A stretch of 64,000 nucleotides of DNA from Alphaproteobacteria bacterium (GCA_965248835.1 CBDFLJ010000002.1:1344001-1408000), one strand, 5' to 3'. Counted from the stretch's first letter, positions 1 to 10,509 are shown. The notes: a model not told the origin generated them from the sequence alone. Made by a program: numbers and translations.

Positions 1-609
1 ATAGACCTCGCCCGGCGGCAGCGTAACCGGCTCGGCACCGATCGCCCTGACGAAGAAGCGGGTGAGCGGGGGAACGCGGATCTTCCTGCCCTTGAGGTCG
101 CCGATCCCGGTGATCTTGCGCTGGGTGTACATGAAGTGGTTGCCGGTATGCGGCTCGCCCGAATAGTGGCCGAGATACTGCACGCCATGGCGCTTGAAGA
201 TCTCGGCGATGAATGCGAACAGCTCGCTGCCCGGGCCGTTATCGGGGACCTCGTAGGGCGAGAGTTCGGAGAAATAGCCGCCCGGCACCACGCCGGCCCA
301 ATAGTTGGGCGCGCCGTACCAGACGTCGAACAATCCGCGCACCAGCGCCTCGGGCTGATCGAAGGTCGGAATGACGTCGCGCGAACCCTTGAAGGTGATC
401 GCCAGCTTGCCGGCGGCGAGCTTGTTGACGGTGTCCATGAACTTGATGCCGATGTCGGCCGCCGCCGACACCTTGGGCGGCCAGGAGCCGACCATCGTCT
501 GCTTTACGGGATCGGCCGCCGCGGCGCTGTGCGCACCGCCGTGGGCCGCCAGCGAAAATGCCAGCAATCCGAACGCCATGCCACGCGCCAATCGCAGAAT
601 GTCTCTCAT
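1..609 (-). CDS. dctP: TRAP transporter substrate-binding protein (DctP family), 3' end outside the window
   Basis: Not in the ORF track; hand translation from ATG at 609 (GGAGGGG RBS): signal peptide MRDILRLARGMAFGLLAFSLAAHGGAHSAAAA, then ...ITGIGDLKGRKIRVPP...IGAEPVTLPPGEVY, typical DctP motifs. Confidence 0.85.
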   Translation of the reverse strand, partial: MRDILRLARGMAFGLLAFSLAAHGGAHSAAAADPVKQTMVGSWPPKVSAAADIGIKFMDTVNKLAAGKLAITFKGSRDVIPTFDQPEALVRGLFDVWYGAPNYWAGVVPGGYFSELSPYEVPDNGPGSELFAFIAEIFKRHGVQYLGHYSGEPHTGNHFMYTQRKITGIGDLKGRKIRVPPLTRFFVRAIGAEPVTLPPGEVY

Positions 610-799
610 CAAAGTTCCCCTCCCTTGAGGCACCCGTTATCGGATTCGAATGGGCGTCTCGGGCCGGGGCCGGCCCGAGACGGAAAGTGTAGGGATGCGG
701 CCGTTCCCAGATCAAGCGAATTCCTCCGGCGGCCCGTTGCCCCTGCGCCGGATTCGGGCTTGTATGCTTCGGTCATCAAAGCAGCGCGAAAGACATTCG

Positions 800-1324
800 A
801 TGGCTGACCGACAGGCGCGCGATGCGCCCCATCGTCCTTCGGAATTGCTGGCGAGCCTGAAAGATCTCCGGATCGAGGTGGCAGTCACGGTCCCCGACGG
901 TTGGTTGGGTGAGCTGTTGGTCCGGATCGAGCACGAGGACTGGATCTCGCTGATCCGCGCAACGCACGAGGAAGAGGCCCTGGCGATCGCCTGCGGAGCA
1001 CGGCTGGGCGGCAAGCGCACCGTTCTGGTGATCCAGAATGTCGGGCTGCTCAGCATGGGCGCGGGCATGGTCTGCCTCGCCCAGCGCTATCAGTTCCCTT
1101 TGCTGATCCTCGCCTCCTACCGCGGCACGCCCGAGGATCCGGTCTTCTATCACATCCCCAAGGGACGGGTGACCGAGCCCGTCCTGCAGGGCTTCGGTCT
1201 GCGCTACGCCGTCGCCGATCCTGGCGCCCCGATCGGCCCGCAGGTCGAGCGGGCAGCAACCTATGCCGAGGAATCATCGGGACCCTTCGTGCTCCTTTTG
1301 GCTCAGGCGGACGTGCAGTGGTGA
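800..1324 (+). CDS. ThDP-dependent decarboxylase alpha subunit (sulfopyruvate decarboxylase ComD / phosphonopyruvate decarboxylase N-half-like)
   Basis: VPDGWL, THEEEALAIACGA.LGG, IQNVGL and YRG motifs of the PYR domain; ATG at 800 within ORF 650..1324. Confidence 0.8.
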   Translation: MADRQARDAPHRPSELLASLKDLRIEVAVTVPDGWLGELLVRIEHEDWISLIRATHEEEALAIACGARLGGKRTVLVIQNVGLLSMGAGMVCLAQRYQFPLLILASYRGTPEDPVFYHIPKGRVTEPVLQGFGLRYAVADPGAPIGPQVERAATYAEESSGPFVLLLAQADVQW

Positions 1325-1947
1325 AGGGCCGGTCGCCGACCCGGGAGGATTACTACGGCGCGCTCGCCGGGGCGCTGCCGCCGGCAACGCTGGTCGTCAC
1401 CTCGCTCGGCAATGCGTCCTATCTATGGGCGGTCGTCCGCGATGCGCCGGAGAACTTCTATCTCGAAGACGCGATGGGCCTCGCCCTTCCCCTGGCGCTC
1501 GGCCTTGCCGTGGCCCGGCCCGACCGCAAGGTGGTCGTGGTCGAAGGCGACGGCGGCATGCTGATGCATATGGGCGGTCTGGTGACGGTTGGCGCCGTTG
1601 CGCCGGAGAACCTGACCATCCTCCTGATCCAGAACGGTGTGCACGCCGCCTCGGGCGGGCAGGCATTGACCAAAGACGACCTCGACTTCGCCGCTCTGGC
1701 TGCGACTCTGGGCCTGAAAAGAGCGCGAAACATCGCTTCGCTCGATGGCTTCGCCGATCACTTCGCCTCGGCCATGGAGGGGCCGGGGCCGCAGCTCCTT
1801 GCGCTGTCGACGATGCCCGATCTCGAGGTCGTCGTCCCGCCGGCAAGCTTCGATCCCGTGGTCACCAAGCGCCGTTTCATGGACGCGATCCAGGCACCGC
1901 GCTACGTCCCCACCCTGTTCGGCGGCGGCCGGCTGGAACGGCAGTGA
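1318..1947 (+). CDS. ThDP-dependent decarboxylase beta subunit (ComE-like)
   Basis: NFYL..AMGLA..LALGLA and ThDP motif EGDGG...QNG; overlaps the alpha-subunit stop. Confidence 0.8.
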   Translation: MVKGRSPTREDYYGALAGALPPATLVVTSLGNASYLWAVVRDAPENFYLEDAMGLALPLALGLAVARPDRKVVVVEGDGGMLMHMGGLVTVGAVAPENLTILLIQNGVHAASGGQALTKDDLDFAALAATLGLKRARNIASLDGFADHFASAMEGPGPQLLALSTMPDLEVVVPPASFDPVVTKRRFMDAIQAPRYVPTLFGGGRLERQ

Positions 1948-1963
1948 TCCCGGTCGGGCCGCC

Positions 1964-4900
1964 TCAGGCCCTGCCGTAGCCGCCGCCGCCAGGCGTTTCG
2001 ATGACGAATACGTCGCCCGGATGCATCTCGGTGCCGTCGGTGCCGGACAGCTCGCTCACCGTGCCGTCGGCGCGCTCGACGTAGTTGTGCCCGCACTGTC
2101 CGGGTTCGCCGCCGGCGGCTCCGAACGGCGCCACCCTGCGGTGGCCGGACACGATTGCCGCGGTCATGTCCTCTTCGAACCGGACCCGGCGGATAACCCC
2201 GTTGCCGCCGCGGTGCTTGCCCGCGCCGCCCGAGCCGGGACGGGCCTCGAACGATTCCACGACCACCGGGAAGCGCCACTCGAGGATCTCCGGGTCGGTC
2301 GCCAACGTGTTGGTCATGTGGGTGTGGACCGCGTCGGTGCCGTCGTAATCGGGGCCCGCGCCCGAGCCGCCGCAGATGGTCTCGTAGTTCTGGTAGCCGG
2401 CGTTGTTGCCGAAGGTGAAGTTGTTCATCGTCCCCTGCCCCGCCGCCATGATGCCGAGCGCGCCGATCAACGCGTTGGTGACGGCCTGGCTGGTCTCGAC
2501 ATTGCCCGCGACCACGGCAGCCGGGTATTTGGGCGCCAGCATGCAGCCCTCGGGGATGATGACCTTGAGCGGCTTGAGGCATCCCGCGTTCAGCGGGATG
2601 TCATCATCGACCATCAAGCGGAAGACATACAGCACGGCCGCCATGCACACCGATGACGGCGCGTTGAAGTTCGAGTTCTGCTGCTCCGAGGTGCCGGTGA
2701 AATCGATGACGGCCTCGCGCTTGTCGCGGTCGACGGAAATCTCAACCCGGATGCGCGCGCCCGAATCCATCTCGTAGTCGTAGGAGCCGTCGGTCAGCAC
2801 GCCGAGCACGCGCCGGACGCATTCCTCGGCATTGTCCTGGACGTGCTTCATGTAGGCGTGCACCACATCGAGCCCGAAATGGTCGACCATCTTGCGGAGC
2901 TCCTGGACCCCCTTCTCGTTGCCCGCGATGTGGGCCTTCAGGTCGGCCAGGTTGTGGCGGAAGTTGCGCGTCGGATAGGGCGCGGTGGTGAACAGCTTCT
3001 CGGTCTCCGCATCGAGCAGCCGGCCGCCGGAGACGAGCTGAAAGTTGTCGATCAGCACGCCCTCCTCGTCGATATGAGTCGAGTTGGGCGGCACCGATCC
3101 GGGCGTGATGCCCCCGATCTCGGCGTGATGGCCGCGCGCGGCGACATAGAACAGAATCTCCTTACCGGCCTGGTCGAACACCGGCGTGATCACCGTCACG
3201 TCGGGCAGATGCGTGCCGCCGTTATAGGGCGTGTTGAGCATGAACACGTCGCCCGGCACGATGGTGCCACGGCGTTGCTCGGCGACGGTCCTCACGCTTT
3301 CGCTCATCGAGCCGAGATGAACCGGGATATGCGGCGCGTTGGCCACCAGGCTGCCGTCGGGCGCGAAGATCGCACAACTGAAGTCGAGCCGCTCCTTGAT
3401 GTTGACCGAGTACGAGGTGTTGCGCAGCACCTCGCCCATCTGCTCGGCGATCGACATGAACAGGTTGTTGAACACTTCGAGCATGACCGGATCGGCCTCG
3501 GTGCCGATCGATGCCGCGCCGGGCCGCGGCACCACGCGGTCGAGGATCATCTGGTCGTATTTGTTGATTACCGCCGCCCAGCCGGGCTCGACCACGGTCG
3601 TTGCGATGTCCTCGATGATCACCGCCGGTCCGTCGACGCGGCAACCGGGGCGCATCGCGTTGCGCTCGTAAAGCCGGGTTCGGTGCCGGGCACCGGCCAT
3701 GTAGGTCTCGACCTCGGCGACGATTTCGGGGGGCTCTCCCGGCCCTATCTCGTGGGCGGGATCGGCGACCTCGACGGCGCTGGCGATCACCTCGACGTTG
3801 ACCGCCTCGACGATATGGCTCTTCTCCGGAGCGATGAAGCCGTATTGCTGGTGGTGGGCGGTCTCGAACTCGGCGATGACCGCCGCGCGGTCGGCATTTT
3901 CGATGATCAACGGCGAGTCGGTGCCCTCGTAGCGCAGGTGCAGCTTGTGCTGGGCGATGGTGCGCGCCGGATCGCCGCCCTGGCGCACCATCTCGGCCCG
4001 GCCGTCGGCCTCCATCTCGTCGAACACCTTGGCGAGATCGCCCATCAGCGCGTCGTCCAAGGTCGCCTCGATGGCGCGTTCGCGCATCACCCGGAGGTCG
4101 GCGAGCCCCATACCGTAGGCCGACAGCACGCCGGCGAACGGGTGGACGAACACCCGCGAGATGCCCAGCGAGTCGGCCACCAGGCAGGCGTGCTGGCCGC
4201 CGGCGCCGCCGAAGCAGTTCAGCGTGTATTCGGTGACGTCGTAGCCGCGCTGGATCGAGACCTGCTTGATCGCCTTGGCCATGTTCTCCACGGCGATCAT
4301 CAGGAAGCCCTCGGCGACCTCGACCGGGCTGCGGCTGTCGCCGGTCGCGGCCTCGATCTCGGCGGCGAGCGCGGCGAACTTCTCGCGCACGACATCCTCG
4401 TCGAGCGCCTGATCGGCGCCGGGACCGAACACCTTGGGAAAGAACCGCGCCTGGATCTTGCCCACCATCACGTTGGCATCGGTCACGCATAGCGGCCCGC
4501 CGCGGCGATAGCATGCAGGACCCGGGTTTGCACCTGCCGAATCCGGCCCGACGCGGTATCGGGTGCCATCGAAATGCAGGATCGAGCCGCCGCCGGCCGC
4601 CACGGTATGGATTCGCATCATCGGCGCACGCATGCGCACCCCCGCGACCAACGTCTCGAAGGCGCGCTCATACTCGCCGTCGTAATGCGCCACGTCGGTC
4701 GAGGTACCGCCCATGTCGAAGCTGATGATCTTGTCGTAGCCCGCCATCGCCGATGTCTGCACCGCACCGACGATGCCGCCGGCAGGCCCGGACAGAATGC
4801 TGTCCTTGCCGCGGAAGAACCGCGCATCGGCGAGCCCGCCGTTGGACTGCATGAACATCAGCCGAGCATCGCGGAGCTGGTTGCGGATCAAATCGACATA

Positions 4901-5593
4901 GCGCCGCAGAATCGGCGAGACATAGGCATCGACCACCGTGGTGTCGCCGCGCCCGACGATCTTCATCAGCGGGCTCACCTCGTGCGAGACCGAGACCTGG
5001 TCGAAGCCGATCTCGCGGGCGATCTCGCCCACTGCGATCTCGTGGTCGTGGTGGCGATAACCATGGACGAACACGACGGCCGCCGACTGGATGCCGTCAT
5101 CATAGGCTTGCTGAAGCGCGGCCCGCGCGCCCGCCCGGTCGAGCGGGATCAGCTCCTCGCCATCGGCCGAATGGCGCTGCTCGACCTCGATCACGCGCTC
5201 ATAGAGCAGTTCCGGCAGCACGATCTCGCGCGCAAACAGAGAAGGCCGGTTCTGGTAGCCGATCCTGAGCGCATCGCGGAATCCCTTGGTGATCACCAGC
5301 ACCGTGCGCTCGCCCTTGCGCTCCAGAAGCGCGTTGGTCGCCACCGTGGTGCCCATCTTGACGGTGTCGATCACACCGGCGGGGATCGACGCGCCGCCGT
5401 CGAGGCCGAGCAGCTCGCGGATGCCCTGCATCGCCGCATCCTCGTAGCGTTCGGGGTTTTCCGACAACAGCTTGTGGGCGATCAGCGCACCGTCGGGGGC
5501 CTGGGCGACGAAATCGGTGAACGTGCCGCCGCGGTCGATCCAGAATTGCCAACCCGATTTCAATTGCCCTGTGTTTTCAGGCGTTTCAGCCAT
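1964..5593 (-). CDS. 5-oxoprolinase (ATP-hydrolysing) / fused hydantoinase A+B family protein
   Basis: 1209 aa; [70 protein letters not shown]. Confidence 0.92.
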   Translation of the reverse strand: MAETPENTGQLKSGWQFWIDRGGTFTDFVAQAPDGALIAHKLLSENPERYEDAAMQGIRELLGLDGGASIPAGVIDTVKMGTTVATNALLERKGERTVLVITKGFRDALRIGYQNRPSLFAREIVLPELLYERVIEVEQRHSADGEELIPLDRAGARAALQQAYDDGIQSAAVVFVHGYRHHDHEIAVGEIAREIGFDQVSVSHEVSPLMKIVGRGDTTVVDAYVSPILRRYVDLIRNQLRDARLMFMQSNGGLADARFFRGKDSILSGPAGGIVGAVQTSAMAGYDKIISFDMGGTSTDVAHYDGEYERAFETLVAGVRMRAPMMRIHTVAAGGGSILHFDGTRYRVGPDSAGANPGPACYRRGGPLCVTDANVMVGKIQARFFPKVFGPGADQALDEDVVREKFAALAAEIEAATGDSRSPVEVAEGFLMIAVENMAKAIKQVSIQRGYDVTEYTLNCFGGAGGQHACLVADSLGISRVFVHPFAGVLSAYGMGLADLRVMRERAIEATLDDALMGDLAKVFDEMEADGRAEMVRQGGDPARTIAQHKLHLRYEGTDSPLIIENADRAAVIAEFETAHHQQYGFIAPEKSHIVEAVNVEVIASAVEVADPAHEIGPGEPPEIVAEVETYMAGARHRTRLYERNAMRPGCRVDGPAVIIEDIATTVVEPGWAAVINKYDQMILDRVVPRPGAASIGTEADPVMLEVFNNLFMSIAEQMGEVLRNTSYSVNIKERLDFSCAIFAPDGSLVANAPHIPVHLGSMSESVRTVAEQRRGTIVPGDVFMLNTPYNGGTHLPDVTVITPVFDQAGKEILFYVAARGHHAEIGGITPGSVPPNSTHIDEEGVLIDNFQLVSGGRLLDAETEKLFTTAPYPTRNFRHNLADLKAHIAGNEKGVQELRKMVDHFGLDVVHAYMKHVQDNAEECVRRVLGVLTDGSYDYEMDSGARIRVEISVDRDKREAVIDFTGTSEQQNSNFNAPSSVCMAAVLYVFRLMVDDDIPLNAGCLKPLKVIIPEGCMLAPKYPAAVVAGNVETSQAVTNALIGALGIMAAGQGTMNNFTFGNNAGYQNYETICGGSGAGPDYDGTDAVHTHMTNTLATDPEILEWRFPVVVESFEARPGSGGAGKHRGGNGVIRRVRFEEDMTAAIVSGHRRVAPFGAAGGEPGQCGHNYVERADGTVSELSGTDGTEMHPGDVFVIETPGGGGYGRA

Positions 5594-5657
5594 TCCCCAA
5601 CCCTATGTAAAGCTGATGCGAAATCCTCGTCCGACCGGTCCCCACCGGCCGAAGCGC

Positions 5658-6602
5658 TCATCCTATCCGTGGGATGATCTCCGCGGCAATCTGCTCGATC
5701 TGCTCCATGTCGAACCGATAGGGCACCAGCGTGATCTGCTGGACGCCGGCATCGAGATGGGCCTGGAGCTGCTCGAGGCAGTCATCGACGGTGCCGAGCA
5801 CCGCGCTTTCGGTGGTCGAATCGCTCCACCCGGCGAAGTCCCATTCGGTGGTCAGCCACTCGTGCATCGGCGCCTGGACCGCCTCGCGCGACTTGCCGAT
5901 ATAGATCGGAAGCTGGTTGATGCTGCGCAGCGTGTCGGGATCCTTGCCCGCCTCCTCGGCGAAGCGCCGGACCTTGCTCCAGGACTTCGTGAAGCCCTGG
6001 GCGGTGTAGTAGTAGGTCAGCCAGCCGTCGCCGACCACGCCGGCGCGCTTGAGCACCCGGTCGACATAGCCGCCGATCAGGATCGGCGGGCGCGGCTTCT
6101 GGACCGGCTTCGGCGACATGACGGCCGAGGAAAGATCGTAAGGCGGGTAGCTGCCGGTCACCGAGTCCTCCTGCCACAGCCGGGTCAGGATCTCGAGGTT
6201 CTGGTCCATGATGTCGCCGCGCTTGTTGAACGGCACGCCGATCGCATCGAACTCGCGCTTGTACCAGCCCGAGGCCATGCCGAGCGTCAGCCGCCCGCCG
6301 GAGATCTGATCGATGCTGGAAAGCTGCTTGGCAAGCACCACCGGGTTGCGCGCCGGCAGCACCAGGATGCCGGTGCCGAGACGGATGCGTTCGGTGCGCG
6401 CAGCGATCGCGGTCAGCACGGACAGCGAATCGAGGATCGGGAAATAAGGATCGACCCCGAGCAGGATGTGGTCCCATGTCCACAGCGATTCGTAGCCGAG
6501 TTCCTCCATGCGGATGCCGAAGTCGATCAGCGCCTTGGCGTTCGGCATGACTGGGGCCGCGGTGAAGTTCTGCATCGCGATGCCGATGATCTTGCTTGCC
6601 AT
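5658..6602 (-). CDS. Luciferase-like (LLM) flavin/F420-dependent oxidoreductase
   Basis: GYESLWTWDH, TERIRLGTGILVLPARNPVVLAKQ, SGGRLTLG, PKPVQKPRPPILIGG, GDGW. Confidence 0.85.
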   Translation of the reverse strand: MASKIIGIAMQNFTAAPVMPNAKALIDFGIRMEELGYESLWTWDHILLGVDPYFPILDSLSVLTAIAARTERIRLGTGILVLPARNPVVLAKQLSSIDQISGGRLTLGMASGWYKREFDAIGVPFNKRGDIMDQNLEILTRLWQEDSVTGSYPPYDLSSAVMSPKPVQKPRPPILIGGYVDRVLKRAGVVGDGWLTYYYTAQGFTKSWSKVRRFAEEAGKDPDTLRSINQLPIYIGKSREAVQAPMHEWLTTEWDFAGWSDSTTESAVLGTVDDCLEQLQAHLDAGVQQITLVPYRFDMEQIEQIAAEIIPRIG

Positions 6603-6644
6603 TAAGGTCCTCTTGTTCGTGCGGCCGCCTGCCCCGTCGGGCCG

Positions 6645-7415
6645 TCAGGAGATATAGACCCGATCGGGATCGAACTCGCGCAGCACGGCGAGCTCCTCAT
6701 CGGTCGGGGGCGCGATGGTCTGAATGTCGTCATCGAACAGGAGCTCGAAGCCGGTGGCCTCCTGAACCTGCCGGGCGCTCACGCCGTCATGGAGCGCCTC
6801 GACCTTCATCTGCCTGGTCTTGTCGTCGAAGCCCAGGATCGCGAGGTCGGTGACCACCTTCTCCGGGCCGCCGGTGATCAGGCCGGCGTCCGCCCTGCTC
6901 GATCCGCCGTGCCAGAACCCGGTGCTGGTCACGAAGTCCACCCTGTCCACGAACCGGCGCTTCTCGTGGATCATGGCAACGATCATCCGGGTCAGGCTCG
7001 CGATGTCGTTACCGCCGCCGGTGCCGGGCAGCCGGATCACCGGATTGTCCGCCTCGCCGATGAAAGACGAGTTGAGGTTGCCGTAACGATCGATCTGAGC
7101 CCCGCCCATGAAGCCGATGTCGACATAGCCGCGCTGCAGCAACAGCAGCACGTCGGTATTCGACATGACCATGTTTGCGCGGCGCGTGCAGCGCTGCTCG
7201 TTGGTCGAGGGCGGCAATTCGCCGGGCACGATGAACGGCCCCAGGGTGCCGCCCTCGAACAGGATCGTCAGGCCCGGCGCGTGCAGGCGCTGTGCCAGCG
7301 TGGCTGCGAGCAGCGGGATGCCGACGCCGGCGAACACCGTCTGGCCGTCTTCGAGCAGCCGCCCGCTCATCACCGCGAGCAGTTCGGAGGCGCTGTGTCG
7401 TGCGTTCTCAGTCAT
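6645..7415 (-). CDS. Family I CoA-transferase beta subunit (glutaconate CoA-transferase GctB-like)
   Basis: VFAGVGIP, catalytic-Glu motif LFEGG, GFMGGAQIDRYGNLNS, LPGTGGGND; ATG at 7415 overlaps the alpha-subunit end. Confidence 0.85.
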   Translation of the reverse strand: MTENARHSASELLAVMSGRLLEDGQTVFAGVGIPLLAATLAQRLHAPGLTILFEGGTLGPFIVPGELPPSTNEQRCTRRANMVMSNTDVLLLLQRGYVDIGFMGGAQIDRYGNLNSSFIGEADNPVIRLPGTGGGNDIASLTRMIVAMIHEKRRFVDRVDFVTSTGFWHGGSSRADAGLITGGPEKVVTDLAILGFDDKTRQMKVEALHDGVSARQVQEATGFELLFDDDIQTIAPPTDEELAVLREFDPDRVYIS

Positions 7416-8361
7416 TGTAGACGCTCCTGCCGCGGATCGAGGCATCGATCACGTTGTCCATCCCGAGAAGCGCGAGATAGGCGTTCCAGTCCTTCGGCCC
7501 GTAGACAAAGCGCTCGAGATAGTCCTTCACGCCCGCTACCGGATCAGTCCTTGTGAGCTCGGCATAGGCATCGAGGTTGGAAAGGAACGGCTCGTAGATG
7601 CCATAGCATTCATGCGGCGCGCAGCCATAGGGCACCTCGACCACCGCGTCTACGGTGATGAACGGGATTCGGGTCTGGTCGGGCGCGCGTCGAATCTGGT
7701 CGTTGCTCACGATCCGCTCAGTCGTCAGGATCACCTTGTTCGCGGCCATGGCGATATCGGCGTCCATGAACGGCAGGCCGTCCATCTGGGCGTTGCCGTA
7801 TGGATCGCAGCGCTGGACATGGATAAGCGCGACATCGGGGTTGAGTGCGGGCACCAGCAGCAGCCGGTCGCCGGTGAACGGGCAGTCCATCTCGCGCGTA
7901 TCGGTAACGCGTGCGCCGACATCGGAACCCAGCATGGTGCGGACCGGCATGAAGGGCACGCCCATGGCGCCGGCGCGGTAGCGCAGCCCGATCGCCATGT
8001 GGCTCCACTCCTCGAACCGCGCGAGCTTGTTCTCGGTGTAGTGGCGCATCACCTTTGAGACGCCCCAGACGATCCCCTGGCTGAACCAACTCGTCAGGAT
8101 GTGCTGGCTGGCGCCCGAGCCGTAAAGCAGATCGCCCTCGGTCGAGGTGATGCTGCGCGAGACGCTCAGATGCTTTTTGCCGGCGCGTATCAGCGCCCAG
8201 ATCATCGCCATCGGCGTCCGAGACAGGGTACATCCGCCGAGCGCGACATGATCGCCGTCGGCAACCAGGGCAGCGGCGTCCTCCAGCGACATCACCCGCT
8301 CGCGCAGGCTGCGGTCGCGCGCTTCGGTCGCGCTGCGCAGCTCGAGATAGGATTTGCTCAC
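7408..8361 (-). CDS. Family I CoA-transferase alpha subunit (GctA-like)
   Basis: DGDHVALGG, RYRAGAMGVPFMP, CPFTG, PALNPDVALIHVQRCDPYGNAQ. Confidence 0.85.
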   Translation of the reverse strand: MSKSYLELRSATEARDRSLRERVMSLEDAAALVADGDHVALGGCTLSRTPMAMIWALIRAGKKHLSVSRSITSTEGDLLYGSGASQHILTSWFSQGIVWGVSKVMRHYTENKLARFEEWSHMAIGLRYRAGAMGVPFMPVRTMLGSDVGARVTDTREMDCPFTGDRLLLVPALNPDVALIHVQRCDPYGNAQMDGLPFMDADIAMAANKVILTTERIVSNDQIRRAPDQTRIPFITVDAVVEVPYGCAPHECYGIYEPFLSNLDAYAELTRTDPVAGVKDYLERFVYGPKDWNAYLALLGMDNVIDASIRGRSVYND

Positions 8362-8400
8362 GGCGCAGTACTCCCCTTGCCGACGGCGCGGACCGCGCCG

Positions 8401-9888
8401 TCAGATCCCGGTTCTCGCATTGAAATCATCGATCATCTCGTCCCACACGGGAAGCACCTCGTGGAGGCCTTTCCAGAAGCGCTGGTCGGCGCGCCGATCA
8501 AAAGTCTCGATATCGACGCCGCGCTGCTCGACCCAGCTGAAGTAGCCGAGGTTGAAGATGCGGCGGCGGTCGCGGTGGCCGGTCTCCAGGAAATGGTCGG
8601 ACTCGACCCCGATCAGGTGGCGGGCAAAGGTCTCGGCCGCGGCAATGGTATCGAAACGGCCGGCGAAATCGCGCGCGATGGTCTTGTCCCGCTCGCTGTC
8701 ATAGAGCGCGGCGCTGTCGGTGGCGACGGTGAGGACCAGGTCCTTCTCGGTGAAATCGAAGTGGCGGGCGGTCTTGATAGCCGCCAGGACGTTGGCAATC
8801 CCCGACAGGCCGAGATGGCTGAGTGCTAGGATCGTGGCCGGGTCGATCCCCTGGCGGTCGGCGAGATAGGCGTGCCCCACCGCGGTGTTGAACAAGACGT
8901 TCAGCCGGTCGCAGCTCGCATCGGAGACACCGGCCACAGCATCGGTGTTCATGACGTTCTGGATCAGGGGGATATGCTTGTCGCCGATGCCCTGAATGTT
9001 ATGCGCGCCATAGCCGTTATAGAGCATCGTCGGGCATTCGGTCGGCTCGACGGCGACGATCCGCGCGCCGTAAACGGCCTTCAGGTGGTCACCCGCGGCC
9101 AGCGTCCCGCCCGAGCCGGTGCCGGCGACGAATGCCCCCAGCGCGAGGTCGGGATCGTTTTCGCCGAGATGGCCGAAGATGCGCCCCAACGCGGGCCCGG
9201 TGCAGCGGAAATGGGCGAGATAGTTGGCGAATTCGGAGAACTGGTTGAGGATCACGTTGGTTGGCTCGACCGCGAGCTCATCGCAGGTGTCGTAGATCTC
9301 CTTGACGTTGCTCTCCGAGCCGGGCGTGCGGATGATGTCCTCGGGCCGGTTGATCCAGCGGTGCAGCCACTCGAAGCGTTCCGCGCTCATGCCTTCCGGC
9401 AGCACCGCGACCGACCGGCAGCCGAGGATGCGCCCGATAGCCACGCCGCCACGGCAGTAGTTGCCGGTCGAGGGCCAGATCGCCCGGTCGCGCTCGGGAT
9501 CGAACCGGCCGGTGATCAGCCGCGAGACCAGGCAGGCGTAGGCGGCCAGCACCTTGTGGGCGCCGATCATCGGGAACCGGTCGCCCAGCGCTACCGCAAT
9601 CGGCGCCGCGACCCCGGTGATCGGGCGCCCGAGAAGGATGAAACCCGGCGTTACCACCGTGTCCCTGCCGCCCTCACCGTTGAACCAGTGGACCCGAAAA
9701 AGGTTGGCCGCGCCGGGTTCGGCCGGATCGAGCCGCGCCGCCTCGGCCGCCACGGAGGGGGGTATCAGCGCGGGATCGGCAAGCTCGCGAAAGCTCGGCA
9801 ACCGGACGCGCGCTGCGCGCAGATGGCGCACGGCAGCATCATAGGCCACCCGGTCGACGATTTCCGTGGGCAGGTCCTCCGCCTTCAT
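8401..9888 (-). CDS. Large PLP-dependent fold-type II (cysteine synthase/TrpB beta family) enzyme, function unknown
   Basis: GAHKV (PLP lysine), STGNY, PEGMS.ER, GTGSGGT, IQGIG, GLSG; 495 aa. Confidence 0.8.
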   Translation of the reverse strand: MKAEDLPTEIVDRVAYDAAVRHLRAARVRLPSFRELADPALIPPSVAAEAARLDPAEPGAANLFRVHWFNGEGGRDTVVTPGFILLGRPITGVAAPIAVALGDRFPMIGAHKVLAAYACLVSRLITGRFDPERDRAIWPSTGNYCRGGVAIGRILGCRSVAVLPEGMSAERFEWLHRWINRPEDIIRTPGSESNVKEIYDTCDELAVEPTNVILNQFSEFANYLAHFRCTGPALGRIFGHLGENDPDLALGAFVAGTGSGGTLAAGDHLKAVYGARIVAVEPTECPTMLYNGYGAHNIQGIGDKHIPLIQNVMNTDAVAGVSDASCDRLNVLFNTAVGHAYLADRQGIDPATILALSHLGLSGIANVLAAIKTARHFDFTEKDLVLTVATDSAALYDSERDKTIARDFAGRFDTIAAAETFARHLIGVESDHFLETGHRDRRRIFNLGYFSWVEQRGVDIETFDRRADQRFWKGLHEVLPVWDEMIDDFNARTGI

Positions 9889-9964
9889 CCCTCCGCATCG
9901 CCCTTGCGCAAATTCCCGCCCAAAAACCGTACGTGGCGGGCCGGCCCGCCACGATCATCGCATC

Positions 9965-9993
9965 TTATAGTAAAGGCGCCCGCGCGGCCCAAG
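9965..9993 (-). promoter_or_regulatory. Putative sigma70 promoter for the PLP-enzyme operon
   Basis: Minus strand CTTGGG-N17-CTATAA, resembles alphaproteobacterial CTTGAC-N17-CTATAT. Confidence 0.45.
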
Positions 9994-10084
9994 CAGAAAC
10001 GTGGCACCGTCGGACGCCTCGCTAGCACGGCGTGGACCGAAGAGTGAAATCCTCCGGCCCCGGTGCTGGACAGCCCCGGAGTAG

Positions 10085-10161
10085 TGGCGGGAGTGACGGG
10101 ACTCGAACCCGCGGCCTCTGGCGTGACAGGCCAGCGCTCTAACCAACTGAGCTACACCCCC
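10085..10161 (-). tRNA. tRNA-Asp (GTC)
   Basis: GGGGGTGTAGCTCAGTTGGTTAGAGCGCTGGCCTGTCACGCCAGAGGCCGCGGGTTCGAGTCCCGTCACTCCCGCCA; cloverleaf, encoded CCA. Confidence 0.97.
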
Positions 10162-10178
10162 AGAATCGGGCAGGGGTG

Positions 10179-10207
10179 ATGTAGAACGGCTGGCCGCGCG
10201 AAGTCAA
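10179..10207 (-). promoter_or_regulatory. sigma70 promoter of tRNA-Asp
   Basis: TTGACT-N17-CTACAT directly upstream of the tRNA. Confidence 0.65.
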
Positions 10208-10261
10208 CAAGACCTTGGATGCGGTCCCGCCCGCCGGGCGCCCGGAACATGTCCGGGGTCG

Positions 10262-10337
10262 TGGTGGGCGGTGACGGGATCGAACCGCCGACATCCACGG
10301 TGTAAACGTGGCGCTCTACCGGCTGAGCTAACCGCCC
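10262..10337 (-). tRNA. tRNA-Val (TAC)
   Basis: GGGCGGTTAGCTCAGCCGGTAGAGCGCCACGTTTACACCGTGGATGTCGGCGGTTCGATCCCGTCACCGCCCACCA. Confidence 0.97.
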
Positions 10338-10379
10338 TGTTGCGTGATGCGGGCGGCACCCTATAGGAGTGGTGGCCCA

Positions 10380-10424
10380 CCGCCAAATCGAAAGCCGCCA
10401 AATCGAAAGCCGCCAAATCGAAAC
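10380..10424. repeat. 15-bp tandem repeat x3 (CCGCCAAATCGAAAG)
   Basis: Units at 10380, 10395 and 10410; the last differs only at its final base. Confidence 0.92.
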
Positions 10425-10447
10425 CGGCCGCCCGGAGGCGGCCGGTT
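10422..10447 (-). terminator. Putative intrinsic terminator downstream of hupB
   Basis: Perfect 11-bp stem AACCGGCCGCC/GGCGGCCGGTT with a 4-nt loop, followed on the minus strand by TCGATTT. Confidence 0.65.
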
Positions 10448-10509
10448 GCCTGGGTCAGGAGCCGGGGATTGCAGGGTCTGTGCGCGGTGTTCCGCGCACG
10501 AAGGGCCGT

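Noticed and set aside
9890-10161. Integrative island at tRNA-Asp
   Set aside because: No integrase and no duplicated tRNA 3' end seen in the window; a distal att site outside the window cannot be excluded
10380-10424. Repeat as a mini CRISPR array
   Set aside because: Units are 15 bp and directly adjacent, with no spacers and no cas genes
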